From Candidatus Cloacimonadales bacterium (GTDB taxonomy: Bacteria > Cloacimonadota > Cloacimonadia > Cloacimonadales > JAIOQZ01), in contig OY771587.1 in NCBI GenBank assembly GCA_963674825.1, positions 1,856,001 to 1,920,000 of the forward strand: a stretch of 64,000 nt of DNA. Direction: 5' to 3'. Each line of letters starts with the position of its first letter. Position 1 is the stretch's first letter. A model generated the notes under the pieces. That model saw only the letters and a program-made list of their open reading frames with translations. It searched no databases and was not told the DNA's origin. The position numbers were made by a program, and so were the translations under genes. Of the stretch, positions 10,555 through 20,617 are shown one piece after another.

Positions 10555-10583
10555 TTGACAGCCGAACGCATAGCTATTATCAT
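10555..10583 (+). promoter_or_regulatory. Sigma70-type promoter of mntP
   Basis: TTGACA (10555-10560), 17-nt spacer, TATCAT (10578-10583); ATG follows 6 nt later. Confidence 0.7.
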
Positions 10584-10589
10584 GCTCTT

Positions 10590-11150
10590 ATGAGCTTGAT
10601 AACGATGTTTATTATCGCTTTGGGACTTTCGATGGATGCGTTTGCGGTATCCATGAGTAACGGTCTGTCTTTGAAGTGCTTTCGGATCCGCTCCGCGACG
10701 ATTATAGCAATATTCTATGGCGGATTCCAGGCCTTGATGCCCGTTCTGGGCTGGCTTGCAGGACGGGGACTTCAGAGCATTCTGAGCCGCTTTGCCCCCT
10801 GGATTGCTTTCGGATTGCTTCTGTTCATCGGCGCGAAGATGATCTACGAGGCGCACTTCCTGAAAGAGGAAGAATCAAAGAGCTGCAATCCCGAAAAGTT
10901 GCTTGTAGTCTTTACCCTGGCGATCGCCACGAGTATCGATGCGCTTGCTGTAGGATTCAGCCTGGCGATGCTGGACCAATCGATATTGGTTCCGATTCTG
11001 ATCATTGGACTGGTGACATTCGTCCTTTCATACCTTGGCGTGTGGTTGGGTAATCGATTTGGAAGCAGGTTCGGAAACAAGATCGAGATACTCGGCGGTG
11101 TGATCCTGATCGGCATCGGTGTCAAGATACTGCTTCAGGCAATCTTGTAA
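10590..11150 (+). CDS. mntP: Manganese efflux pump MntP
   Basis: Motifs LSMDAFAVS, FQALMP and ATSIDALAVG; six predicted TM segments. Confidence 0.92.
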   Translation: MSLITMFIIALGLSMDAFAVSMSNGLSLKCFRIRSATIIAIFYGGFQALMPVLGWLAGRGLQSILSRFAPWIAFGLLLFIGAKMIYEAHFLKEEESKSCNPEKLLVVFTLAIATSIDALAVGFSLAMLDQSILVPILIIGLVTFVLSYLGVWLGNRFGSRFGNKIEILGGVILIGIGVKILLQAIL

Positions 11151-11156
11151 CCCTTA

Positions 11157-12215
11157 TTACCGCTTCTCGTAATTCTTCTCGATCCAGTTCTTGTATTCAC
11201 CTGTGCGGATATTATCGATCCACTGCGTGTTCTGCAGGTACCATCTAACCGTGTTCTTCATCCCTTCGCGGAAATCGACCGACGGCTCCCAGTCAAGCTC
11301 TCTCTTGATCTTCGCACAATCAATCGCGTATCGCTGATCGTGTCCGGGCCTGTCTTTAACGAAGGTAATCAGTTTCTTGTAAGTATCCGGGGCGAGCTGC
11401 TTCTCTTCGGCGACAAGTTCGCAAAGGATATGCACCAGATCGAGGTTTTTTTTCTCGCTGTTTCCGCCGATGTTGTAGGTCTCGCCGCGTCTGCCACGCT
11501 GCGCGACTTCCCAGATAGCTACACAGTGATCGCGTACGAAGAGCCAGTCACGCACATTGGAGCCATCGCCGTAAACGGGAAGTGGTTTGCCTTCGAGCAT
11601 ATTCATGATCATCAGCGGGATCAGCTTCTCTGGGAACTGGTATGGGCCGTAATTATTGGAGCAATTGGAAAGGGTGATGGGTAGTCCATAGGTGTGGAAA
11701 TAGGCTTTTACAAGGTGGTCGGACGACGCTTTTGAGGCGGAGTATGGGCTGCGCGGATCGTACGCGGTATCCTCTCGGAAGAGACCGGTATCGCCCAGGC
11801 TGCCGTAAACTTCATCGGTGGATACATGATGGAAGACCACATCGTCGCGATCTTTCCAGATGCTTCGAGCGGCTTCAAGCAGGTTGAAGGTTCCGTTGAT
11901 GTTGGTAGTGATAAAATCCTTGGGACCGAAGATGGAGCGATCGACATGGGTTTCGGCAGCGAAGTGGATAACGGTATCGGGCTGGTATTGCTCGAACACC
12001 TGCATGACCTTCTCGCTGTCCGCGATATCGACCTTTTCGAACCGGTAACGTTCCGGGAAGCGCTCTGCGATCTCGGAAAGGTTCAGTGGGTTTCCGGCGT
12101 AGGTGAGTTTATCGAGGTTGAGTATTGTGCCGTTGAAATCCGATAAGCTGAAAAGATAATGGATAAAATTTGAACCGATGAAACCGGCGCCGCCGGTGAT
12201 GAGGATCTTCTTCAA
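11157..12215 (-). CDS. rfbB: dTDP-glucose 4,6-dehydratase
   Basis: Motifs ITGGAGFIGSN, DKLTYAGN, AAETHVDRSI, STDEVYG, YSASK and DRPGHD. TTG start at 12215 after GGGAGG. Confidence 0.95.
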   Translation of the reverse strand: MKKILITGGAGFIGSNFIHYLFSLSDFNGTILNLDKLTYAGNPLNLSEIAERFPERYRFEKVDIADSEKVMQVFEQYQPDTVIHFAAETHVDRSIFGPKDFITTNINGTFNLLEAARSIWKDRDDVVFHHVSTDEVYGSLGDTGLFREDTAYDPRSPYSASKASSDHLVKAYFHTYGLPITLSNCSNNYGPYQFPEKLIPLMIMNMLEGKPLPVYGDGSNVRDWLFVRDHCVAIWEVAQRGRRGETYNIGGNSEKKNLDLVHILCELVAEEKQLAPDTYKKLITFVKDRPGHDQRYAIDCAKIKRELDWEPSVDFREGMKNTVRWYLQNTQWIDNIRTGEYKNWIEKNYEKR

Positions 12216-12229
12216 AACAGCCTCCCTTG

Positions 12230-13300
12230 CTACTTGAATCGCAGCTGGTAGTCCGGGTCCTTCGTCATGATCTGCCCGCTGGCAGGATAGTTTTCGATAA
12301 ACCACACCAGAAAAGCCGTAACGTCGATCTTGTCCGCGTAAAGCTTCTGTACTTTCTGGCGGAATTCCGCTTTGCTTTTTGGATTGGTAACGACATCCAG
12401 CGCTTTCTCTAGAACACCTTCAGACGAACGATAGTTCCATATCAAGCCGTAGCCTTTCTCCAGGTCGTCGCAATAGCTTGAGTAGATCGAGTTTACGTAA
12501 AACGCCGGCGTTCCCATGCAGCCGCATTCGGAGGCCATCGAAGCGCCTTCGCCGATGTAGAGGGAACTGTAGTAGAGCGCATCGTGCATCATGTGCGGTG
12601 GAATCTTGATTCGATAGGGTTCGTACTCGGGCGGCAGGTCTGCTTCGCTACTGATGAATACCTTCGCATGCTTCGAAAGTTCCTGGATCAGTTGTGGTTT
12701 ATGCTTGTCCAGGATACCTGATTGTCCTGAATCGTGCGTCGCCTGCCAGGAGACGAATCGCAGGATAACGAAGGGCGTGTTTTCATCGACACCGAGGATA
12801 TCGAGAACAGCGGGATCGGGCTTGAAGTGACTGGGATGTATAAACGCCAGTTCATGCGTACCGTGGTAGCGAATTTGCTTCAAACCGTGGTCACGATGGT
12901 AACTGATCGGGGTAAGAACATACTCGGTTACGGGCATATACAGCTTGATCTGCTCCATATTACCAGTATCTTCCAGAGCAATGTGTGGTTTCCGGTAAAG
13001 GAAAGCGGTGTGCGCTGCATATATTGAACCCATGCTGAGAAACAGATCCGGCTTGAACTTCAGGGCCGTCATGTACAGCATTGTAACATATTTCGCCAGT
13101 CCCCAGATTTTGCCGAATTTGCTGCGATAGCGATTTCCGAAGCATGAATAATCAAGGTTGAATGCCTTGAGAAGGTCTTCAGCAACTTCCTTTTTGCGCG
13201 TGGTGAAAAACAGCTTGTGGCCCCGATCTTTCATCCGGTCAGCAAAGTGGTGGAACAGGTGAACCTGAGCAGGATGCGTTATATCGATCAGAATACGCAC
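12230..13300 (-). CDS. DUF354-family GT-B glycosyltransferase-like protein
   Basis: Motifs IDITHPAQVHLF, HELA, LRFVSWQATHD and GEGASMASEC. Confidence 0.75.
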   Translation of the reverse strand: MRILIDITHPAQVHLFHHFADRMKDRGHKLFFTTRKKEVAEDLLKAFNLDYSCFGNRYRSKFGKIWGLAKYVTMLYMTALKFKPDLFLSMGSIYAAHTAFLYRKPHIALEDTGNMEQIKLYMPVTEYVLTPISYHRDHGLKQIRYHGTHELAFIHPSHFKPDPAVLDILGVDENTPFVILRFVSWQATHDSGQSGILDKHKPQLIQELSKHAKVFISSEADLPPEYEPYRIKIPPHMMHDALYYSSLYIGEGASMASECGCMGTPAFYVNSIYSSYCDDLEKGYGLIWNYRSSEGVLEKALDVVTNPKSKAEFRQKVQKLYADKIDVTAFLVWFIENYPASGQIMTKDPDYQLRFK

Positions 13301-13309
13301 AGTTTCCTC

Positions 13310-14320
13310 CTAACCCGCATAGCGATACAGAAGTTCTCCAACGATTCGGCAAACGATTGGCGGTGATGACGTTATCACTTTGTGCACCAGACTCATTCTT
13401 CCGGCCTTTCCAAACGAGACGGAGCCCGAAAGGTACGTGTACGTGACATCACTCTCGATCGCTCCCCAGTTGGATTTGAATCGTCGCAATCCTTCATTGT
13501 CCTTTTCGGAAATTCCATAGTCAAGGAACTTGAAGCCATCGTCAAGCGCACGCTTGATTACTTCCCAGAAGAGGATATTGTTGGGACGTAGATTAAGCGC
13601 ATCTCGATGGGAAGCCCCGTATTTATAGACAAGCGTATCTTTGTGCCTCAGGAAGATTGCCGCGGATATCGGCCTTCCCTCGTAAATTGCCAGCGCAATG
13701 AACCCATTGCCGGTTTGCATGAACGCCTTGTGGAGCTGCTTGAAGAAACCTCGTGGCTGTACAGGAAGTCCGTGGAATTTTCTTGTTTCAAGATGGAAAT
13801 CATAGAAGAAATCCATTGCTTTCTCATCCGTATGAATTTGAACGGATAAACCTTCTTTCTCGGCTTTTCGCACACCTCTACGGATTTGAGAATTTGCGTT
13901 GCCGAACAATGTATCGGCGTCTCCGGCCAATTCCAGTACATGCTTGACGTAGCCCTTGTGCAGTCGAGATTCCTCAATGCCGGGAAGCTGACTTCGGGTC
14001 TCGATCTTCGAATAGGACCGACTGTATTTCTCCTGGATGTTCTGCACGAGTATGTCCAGTACGGTGTCGTCATCAGCCAGAGGATTGACATCATCCGAAA
14101 ACGGAAGGCTGACAAGCTTCTTCTTGCCTTTAATGGTCCTGGTGACAAGAAACGGGATAGCAGCCTTAATCCGATCACCTTCGACAATCGCCGGGATAAT
14201 GGGTTTGAATCCATATTGGCGAACCATCAATTCAATCCATCGTCTATCATGGAACACGCAGCTATCGGGATGCTGATCGACGTATTCCTGCCATTGTGGC
14301 AGCGTCAGTTCATGAATCAT
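13310..14320 (-). CDS. FemAB-like GNAT acyl/aminoacyltransferase (polysaccharide-associated)
   Basis: Motifs LVSLPFSD, RRGVRKAEK, YKYGAS, RPNNILFW, LDYG and GLRRFKSNWG. Confidence 0.78.
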   Translation of the reverse strand: MIHELTLPQWQEYVDQHPDSCVFHDRRWIELMVRQYGFKPIIPAIVEGDRIKAAIPFLVTRTIKGKKKLVSLPFSDDVNPLADDDTVLDILVQNIQEKYSRSYSKIETRSQLPGIEESRLHKGYVKHVLELAGDADTLFGNANSQIRRGVRKAEKEGLSVQIHTDEKAMDFFYDFHLETRKFHGLPVQPRGFFKQLHKAFMQTGNGFIALAIYEGRPISAAIFLRHKDTLVYKYGASHRDALNLRPNNILFWEVIKRALDDGFKFLDYGISEKDNEGLRRFKSNWGAIESDVTYTYLSGSVSFGKAGRMSLVHKVITSSPPIVCRIVGELLYRYAG

Positions 14321-15110
14321 TAATCTCTCCGATCGAATCCTGCTTCTTCATCACAACAAGCTTGATTAGATTCTTAAACGATTGCCAGAGCGACAGTTTG
14401 TGCCACTTCAGCAGGTTGTCTGTCCAGTTGTGCGGATGGATGTTAAGCATTATACGGTTCGGCATTTTACCTGTCTTGATCAGGCTCATAATCTTCGGTA
14501 TTGATCGGACATCCAGATCGAACATTTCTCCGATCCAATCGCGGCGATTGGTTTTCGGATTGTTCCAGCTTCTGCCGGCGTCGGTAAGGTAGAAGAATTT
14601 CTCCAATCGCTCATCGAAATAGGGTTCGGCGATAATACCATAGTGCTTGAATTCGGGTTTTTCGCGATTCCACAACTTTCGGTTGTCCCATTTGGAGTAG
14701 GGAATTCCGTGCATGCATGCGGTTGTAATCTGGTCGATTCCGCGAAGTCGTTCTAAATTCTGTCCAAACGCCTGAATCGCTCGTTTTTTATCGCCGTTGC
14801 AGATTGCGTAATCTTCATAATGATAACCGAGTTCATGCCCAAGATGCACAATTTCATGCAGGATGTCCGGACGATAAACCTGCGGAACAATGCGGGAATA
14901 GAAGGATGAGCGAACACCCAAGCTCTTCTCGAGCCTGGCCATCTCCAGCGCACCTGGCGCATCGCGATCGATGTCATGTCGAAGGATCAGAACGCGCTCG
15001 GGAAGCGCTTCCTCATTCATGGGATAGGTTCTGTAGGGCATGATTACAAAATCGGCCTCAAGAAAAGCTTCCAGAAGTTTTCGATAGGATTGCAGGGTAA
15101 ATTCTTTCAT
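14310..15110 (-). CDS. Polysaccharide deacetylase-like protein
   Basis: Motifs LRHDID, GHELGYHYE, MHG, YLTDAG and NIHP. Confidence 0.7.
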   Translation of the reverse strand: MKEFTLQSYRKLLEAFLEADFVIMPYRTYPMNEEALPERVLILRHDIDRDAPGALEMARLEKSLGVRSSFYSRIVPQVYRPDILHEIVHLGHELGYHYEDYAICNGDKKRAIQAFGQNLERLRGIDQITTACMHGIPYSKWDNRKLWNREKPEFKHYGIIAEPYFDERLEKFFYLTDAGRSWNNPKTNRRDWIGEMFDLDVRSIPKIMSLIKTGKMPNRIMLNIHPHNWTDNLLKWHKLSLWQSFKNLIKLVVMKKQDSIGEINDS

Positions 15111-15115
15111 AGGTT

Positions 15116-16045
15116 TTATTTCTTACCACGAATCGCCGCATCGTAGATATCGATAAGGCGTTGGGCTATAATCTTGTCATCGAGGTTGCGCACTTTTTCA
15201 CGACCATTGGTCTTGCCATAGTTTACTGCTTCCGGGAGTGCTTTTGCGATATCTTTGGCGTCGGTGACAAGCCAGCAGCCATCGCAACCTTCGATTCGCT
15301 CTTTGACATCTCCCACATCCGTGCTGACGATGGGAAGGTTGCAGTAGAGGGCTTCTTTGATCACATTGGGAGAGCCTTCATACCTCGAAGAGAGTAGAAG
15401 CGCATCAGCAGCGTACATATAGACCGGGATCTGATCGTGAGGGACGCCATTGACAACGTACATAACGATCGATTTATCCTCGATCATCTCCATTGCCTCA
15501 CAAGCCATCTTGTACCGTTTGTGATATTCACGTTCCGGATTCGATACCCAGATCGCATATTTTTTGTTTGGCTCAAATCCCACTTGTTTCCGGGCTTCTT
15601 CACGGGGGATATCCTTGAAGCGATTGAAATTTAGACCATTGGGTACGACAATGGCATCCAAGCCGGTTTTCTTCCGCATGTACTCGGATTTCACGATGAT
15701 CCGGGTTGCAAAGCGGCTGTGTGTGGCATGAAGAAGTTTTGCGGGAAGCCCTGTAAGCTCTATATCGGTTCCCATAAGCGAGGATACAAGCGGTTTACAG
15801 CCAGCCATCATTGCTGTATAGGAACTGTAAGAATAATGGGCATGGAAGCAGTCGTACTTGTTATTCTTCAGGTGTTTACGTAAAAGAATGGCGTGCTGGA
15901 GATAGGCTTTGGGTCCTTTTCCCTTGATTGGGAAGCAGTCCACCTGAACTCCCGCTCGAATAAGCGAAGTTACCTGATTATACACCAGCGAGCTCATCCC
16001 GTTGGCAGTGTTGGCGTTTCCGGATCCGATAAATAATACTTTCAT
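15116..16045 (-). CDS. Glycosyltransferase family 4
   Basis: Motifs HAHY, VPNG and EGSPNVIKEA (ExxxxxxxE), STDVGDV. Confidence 0.88.
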   Translation of the reverse strand: MKVLFIGSGNANTANGMSSLVYNQVTSLIRAGVQVDCFPIKGKGPKAYLQHAILLRKHLKNNKYDCFHAHYSYSSYTAMMAGCKPLVSSLMGTDIELTGLPAKLLHATHSRFATRIIVKSEYMRKKTGLDAIVVPNGLNFNRFKDIPREEARKQVGFEPNKKYAIWVSNPEREYHKRYKMACEAMEMIEDKSIVMYVVNGVPHDQIPVYMYAADALLLSSRYEGSPNVIKEALYCNLPIVSTDVGDVKERIEGCDGCWLVTDAKDIAKALPEAVNYGKTNGREKVRNLDDKIIAQRLIDIYDAAIRGKK

Positions 16046-17778
16046 AAGGCTTGATTATACCAGAATCCCCAAGAGGATATCTTTGCGAAAAGGCGCTGTT
16101 GTGTTTGCCATTCTCCGCTGGAGATTGCTTCCTGTGTTTTATTGAAGTCCAGGTATGGATTACGGCATTGCTGAAGATAGAGCTCGAAAAACCGCAATGC
16201 GTTTCCTTTGGAGTCAAATGTGTTTTCCGGTTTTCGAAGATGCCGTCTGATATACGGTGCAACAATTGTCATGAGCCCAATGGGCGTAAGAACCGTCTTG
16301 GGGGCGTAACCTCTACCTGTCTTTATGTCAGACAGGATCGGGCTATTCTTCTTGATGATATAAGCGTAGGGAATCTGTCCTTTTTTGCGCAGAAACGGAT
16401 TGCTGGCAAACACTCTCTGATACGCAGAAGAGTAGACCGTCTGGTTAATCGTTCGAATCAGGTCTATATCGATGTAAGCCGAACGATTCTCAGCGTAATG
16501 ACTATCCGCTTTCATCTCGGTTCCGAAGTATTTTCGGAAAGATTCGGTCATCTGAAGAAGATAGAATCTCTTGGAATGACTGTAGCGTTTCAGCGGTTGC
16601 CAGATATATTTCTCAAAACTTTCCAACAGGCGATCTTTTAAATCAACTGGCGGGTTGAGCAGCGGAATCGTATCCGTCATGGTGTCGATGTATTTAGAAA
16701 ACTCGGGACGAAAATCATCCGCTTGCAACAGCTTCGCCATCAATGGTGATACAATACAACCCGTGATGTGAATTGCACGAAAAAGCTCGCTACCACAGTT
16801 ACCGCTCAGAACAACATCAACCTCTTTCCCAATATCCTGAAACGCCATCATATAATGAGCGCGCTCATATGTTGCAAGGCCATCGCTTCTAAGAATAATA
16901 TCCTTTGCTGCCTGCTCGAATTTTGTTTCGTGATAACTTGAATCAATAATGAATCTGCGATGCGTCATACCCATCTGAGAAGCGATCTCGCTTGCGACCA
17001 TCATATCGGTAACTTCCGGTGTCCCGAAAGTATAAAGTAGCAGATTGCGTGTGTCTTCAATTACAGAAAGAACGGTTCTACCGTCAAATCCGCCGGTAAG
17101 CGAAAGCGCTGTCCTGTCATGATCCGGCTTTGCCCGGGCCACAGCCTGCTTGAAAGACTTCTCGATCATGTCGAGCGCTTTGCGGCCCGAAACGGGATGG
17201 TCTGTGAAGAGTGTGTCGGGGTCGAAGTAGCAATGTTTCGAAAGCTTGTCACTTTCGAGCTCCAGATAATGCCCCGGATCGAGCAAGTGAACATCCTGGA
17301 AAAAGGTATTTTCACCCAGTGGATGATTGAATATCAGGAACTCTACGAGTGCGGTGTAATTGATCGATGGCGGATTCGATAGAATCTTCGGGAACCATGC
17401 CAGCGAGGAGGAGACAATGCAGTAGTCATCGTTGTCCAACCAGTAGAGTGGTTTGATACCAAGGTGGTCATGTGCGAAAACGACGCGATTCTTAATGCTA
17501 TCGATAATGAAGAGGTTGAACCAGCCGCGGATTTTCTCGAAGAGTGGCTCTAGTCCATGGCGATACGCTTCTACAAGCTGGGTATCATCAAGGAACATAC
17601 TTCCTTCGATGCCATAGATGATTCCATGGCTTTCAAAAGTGCGAACCTGCTTCTCCGTTCCGAAAATTAGAGCTGTTGTCCGGCCGGATTCTATCTTGTG
17701 ATATGGCTGGTTGATCGAGCTTACATCGAGATCACCGGAAGAGCCTTTCCGATGGATAACCAGAAAGCCGAGCATCAA
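16042..17778 (-). CDS. Asparagine synthetase-like ATP pyrophosphatase/amidoligase (no N-terminal Cys)
   Basis: Motifs DHLGIKPLYW, LSLTGGFDGR (PP-loop) and SGNCGSELF. Confidence 0.75.
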   Translation of the reverse strand: MMLGFLVIHRKGSSGDLDVSSINQPYHKIESGRTTALIFGTEKQVRTFESHGIIYGIEGSMFLDDTQLVEAYRHGLEPLFEKIRGWFNLFIIDSIKNRVVFAHDHLGIKPLYWLDNDDYCIVSSSLAWFPKILSNPPSINYTALVEFLIFNHPLGENTFFQDVHLLDPGHYLELESDKLSKHCYFDPDTLFTDHPVSGRKALDMIEKSFKQAVARAKPDHDRTALSLTGGFDGRTVLSVIEDTRNLLLYTFGTPEVTDMMVASEIASQMGMTHRRFIIDSSYHETKFEQAAKDIILRSDGLATYERAHYMMAFQDIGKEVDVVLSGNCGSELFRAIHITGCIVSPLMAKLLQADDFRPEFSKYIDTMTDTIPLLNPPVDLKDRLLESFEKYIWQPLKRYSHSKRFYLLQMTESFRKYFGTEMKADSHYAENRSAYIDIDLIRTINQTVYSSAYQRVFASNPFLRKKGQIPYAYIIKKNSPILSDIKTGRGYAPKTVLTPIGLMTIVAPYIRRHLRKPENTFDSKGNALRFFELYLQQCRNPYLDFNKTQEAISSGEWQTQQRLFAKISSWGFWYNQAL

Positions 17779-18707
17779 TACCCCATCGACTTGATGATTT
17801 TTCGCAGTCCGTCCTCGAAGGTGGTTTTCACTTCGAACTTGAGAATGTGTCTGGCTTTCTCGATCGACGCCAGCGAGTGCTTCACATCGCCAAGGCGCTC
17901 ATCGGCAAACTTCGGTTCGACATTGGTTCCGAGGATTTTGTTGATGAGGTTCACCAGGTCAAGCAGGGTGTAGCGCTCGTTACAGGCGATATTGAACACC
18001 TCTCCGGCAGCGCTTTCAGCTTCACAGGCGAGGAGGTTCGCATTCACGTTGTTCTCGACGTAGGTGAAGTCACGAGATTGCAAACCGTCACCGTATATGA
18101 TCGGTGATTCACCCTTGTAGATCATATTGATAAACTTCGGGATCACGGCACTGTATTGCGATGTCGGATCCTGGTTGGGTCCAAAGACGTTGAAATAGCG
18201 TAACGAGACGGTTTCGAGACCATAGATCTGATAGAACACCTGACAATACCGTTCGCCGGCATACTTGGTCACCGCATAGGGCGACATCGGTGAGACAGGC
18301 ATGGTTTCTTCTTTGGGGAGCCTTTCACTGTTGCCATAAACCGATGATGACGAAGCGAACACTACGCGCTTAACGCCAAATTCCTTTGCTGCTTCCAGCA
18401 CGTTCAGCGTACCGGAGATATTCACTTCGTTAGACGTGATCGGATCATTGATCGACCGCGGTACCGAAGGCAGCGCGCCCTGATGCAGGATGAAATCGAC
18501 ACCTTTGACGGCATCTCGTACGATATGGAAACTGCGTAGATCGCCTTCGAAGAGTTCAAACTTCGGATGCTTACGGAAGGGGAGAAGATTTTCCCGCTTT
18601 CCGGTTGAGAAGTTATCGAGAACGCGTGCAGTGTGACCACGTTCAAGGATTTCCTTAACGAGATTCGAGCCGATGAACCCCGCTCCGCCTGTAACCAAGT
18701 ATATCAT
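17775..18707 (-). CDS. NAD-dependent UDP-sugar 4-epimerase (WbpP-like extended SDR)
   Basis: Motifs VTGGAGFIGS, HQGALPSVPRS, ASSSSVYG, YAVTK and YFNVFGPNQDP. Confidence 0.9.
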   Translation of the reverse strand: MIYLVTGGAGFIGSNLVKEILERGHTARVLDNFSTGKRENLLPFRKHPKFELFEGDLRSFHIVRDAVKGVDFILHQGALPSVPRSINDPITSNEVNISGTLNVLEAAKEFGVKRVVFASSSSVYGNSERLPKEETMPVSPMSPYAVTKYAGERYCQVFYQIYGLETVSLRYFNVFGPNQDPTSQYSAVIPKFINMIYKGESPIIYGDGLQSRDFTYVENNVNANLLACEAESAAGEVFNIACNERYTLLDLVNLINKILGTNVEPKFADERLGDVKHSLASIEKARHILKFEVKTTFEDGLRKIIKSMGY

Positions 18708-18741
18708 AGTCGCCTCTGTATATTGCTCGTTTATCTGTTAT

Positions 18742-20448
18742 TTATTCAGTTAGAGAATGCTTCAATTGACTGTCGGATTCAAATAGATGAAGCATCTCCA
18801 CAATAATCCAAACTCTCAAAATGAGGGTGTTTCTGTCAATCTGTATCGGAAAAAAAGTATTACGTATCTGTTTGGCAAATTGCGGTATGAGTGGCTTGAG
18901 CAGTGCCTTAAGGCTCCTCTTCGACTTTGCCTTGGATGTGCCAGATGCTTGCGTCCACTTTAGAACATCGCGCAGCATCTTCTCTGGCAATTCCGGGTGT
19001 GGCGTGATGTTTTCCAGCCTCGAACGGATGTAACTCCGTGTCTCCTTCTCCGCCATGATGCCGGCCTGATTCTGGATCGCGCTGTAGCGTGCATAGGGGA
19101 CTTTCGGCGAGATAGCGTTCACGATTTCCTTGAAGAGCTTCTTCTCGGTCCGGTTTTTGTCACGCATGGTTCGGACAAAGTGGATGATGCTGTTGTCCAG
19201 AAGTGGATTATCGATTTCCACAAACGTGAATTTTATATCCGATAGCGCGGCGAGTACCGTGGGGGCCCGGAAGGTATGATAGAGCCTGTCCCTCCAGGTT
19301 GCCAGCGATTCTTTGCTCCGTCGCTCAAGGTCATTGGGAAATTGCCGCTTGTCGCAGCTCCAGGTCTCGAGGATCTGGTCATCCTCGAATGGTACGATCC
19401 CGATTGACTTCAGAACCATCCTCCGGCTCCAGGCTGTACCCCAACCGAAGCCTTCCTCTCCACGAACAACCTGCTGGATGTTCATGCTGTGGAGCTTGTT
19501 CCAGATATACATCCCGTCCCAGTAGCCGCCGATATTATCGATGCGTCCCTCGGAGCAGGTCAGAAAGCGAGTGAGTTTCGTTTCAGGTGATAGCTCGGGA
19601 GCCTCCGTTTTCAGAAACTGGTGATTTACGCCCAGCTCTTTCGCCAGCTTCACTGCAATCCAGGCGTCACTGTAGGGTAGAGAAAGCGCTTCCTCGACGC
19701 CCCATGTGATGGTGTGAATCTTGGATTGGTCGATCAGCTTGCGTAGCATGCAGACAATCGCCCGGCTGTCGTACCCACCGGATAGCGGGATGACGACATT
19801 CGCGCCGTCTGTCGGGATTCCACTTACAGCCTGATCAAGGAGCACGCGTAATTCTTTTTTTGTTTGCTTCTTCGAGCGTTTTAACGGTTTGAAGATGGGA
19901 GGATTCTCGTGAACGGTAACGTCCCATGTAGCGCGATCGAGAATTACGCGAGAACCGGGCTTTACCGCCTTCAAGCGCTTGTCCCATGCAATGCCTGGAC
20001 CAGTGTAGCCGGTTATCAGCATCCAGGAGATGGCCTGCCGGTTAACCTCGAAGCCTGGGATGCAGTAGAGCAAAGCGCGTTGCGATGTAGCTGCGATGAA
20101 GGTTTTCGAATCGTGATACCACCAAATGGTTCGTGAACCGGTCGCGTCGGCGACTAGCTCAATGTGGTGTTCATCCTGACGTACGATCGCGAAATTACCA
20201 TCATCTATCGACTTCCCTATTTTATCCCATTCCTTGTTCTGTGTACGTCCAAGTAGTACGGACATTCCACGGATTTCATTTGTGGAAGCGGGGTTGAACA
20301 TGAACAGCTCGGAGCCATCTTTCTCATTATAGAACGATGGACGCGGCTGCAAATTGTCCGGGCATAGCAATCCCTGGAGCTTGCCTGTTCTGGCTTGTAT
20401 GATCGGACTGGATTTATCTCTGGAACACGAAAACAGCAACTTCGCCAT
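18742..20448 (-). CDS. Asparagine synthetase-like protein (no N-terminal Cys)
   Basis: Motifs DATGSRTIWW, PLSGGYDSR (PP-loop), RGEEGFG and NPLLD. Confidence 0.72.
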   Translation of the reverse strand: MAKLLFSCSRDKSSPIIQARTGKLQGLLCPDNLQPRPSFYNEKDGSELFMFNPASTNEIRGMSVLLGRTQNKEWDKIGKSIDDGNFAIVRQDEHHIELVADATGSRTIWWYHDSKTFIAATSQRALLYCIPGFEVNRQAISWMLITGYTGPGIAWDKRLKAVKPGSRVILDRATWDVTVHENPPIFKPLKRSKKQTKKELRVLLDQAVSGIPTDGANVVIPLSGGYDSRAIVCMLRKLIDQSKIHTITWGVEEALSLPYSDAWIAVKLAKELGVNHQFLKTEAPELSPETKLTRFLTCSEGRIDNIGGYWDGMYIWNKLHSMNIQQVVRGEEGFGWGTAWSRRMVLKSIGIVPFEDDQILETWSCDKRQFPNDLERRSKESLATWRDRLYHTFRAPTVLAALSDIKFTFVEIDNPLLDNSIIHFVRTMRDKNRTEKKLFKEIVNAISPKVPYARYSAIQNQAGIMAEKETRSYIRSRLENITPHPELPEKMLRDVLKWTQASGTSKAKSKRSLKALLKPLIPQFAKQIRNTFFPIQIDRNTLILRVWIIVEMLHLFESDSQLKHSLTE

Positions 20449-20558
20449 GAATACCTCATTAAAGGACTTCTCTCAAAATCCCGTACTCTCCATACCATAG
20501 CTGTAATTGATTCCTGTCAAGCTCTTTTGGCTGTTGGGAAGAGGGATGCAAACGGTAG

Positions 20559-20592
20559 AAAAAAGGGGCAATCTCAGTGGATAGCCCCTTTT
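20559..20592 (-). terminator. Probable intrinsic terminator after the M1 peptidase gene
   Basis: Stem AAAAGGGGC...GCCCCTTTT with A/T runs on both sides. Confidence 0.7.
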
Positions 20593-20617
20593 GTTGATTC
20601 GGAGTATTAATACTCTT

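Noticed and set aside
16042..20448. Lasso peptide cyclases
   Set aside because: No transglutaminase-like B protein, RRE or precursor was seen; the neighbours are glycan enzymes.
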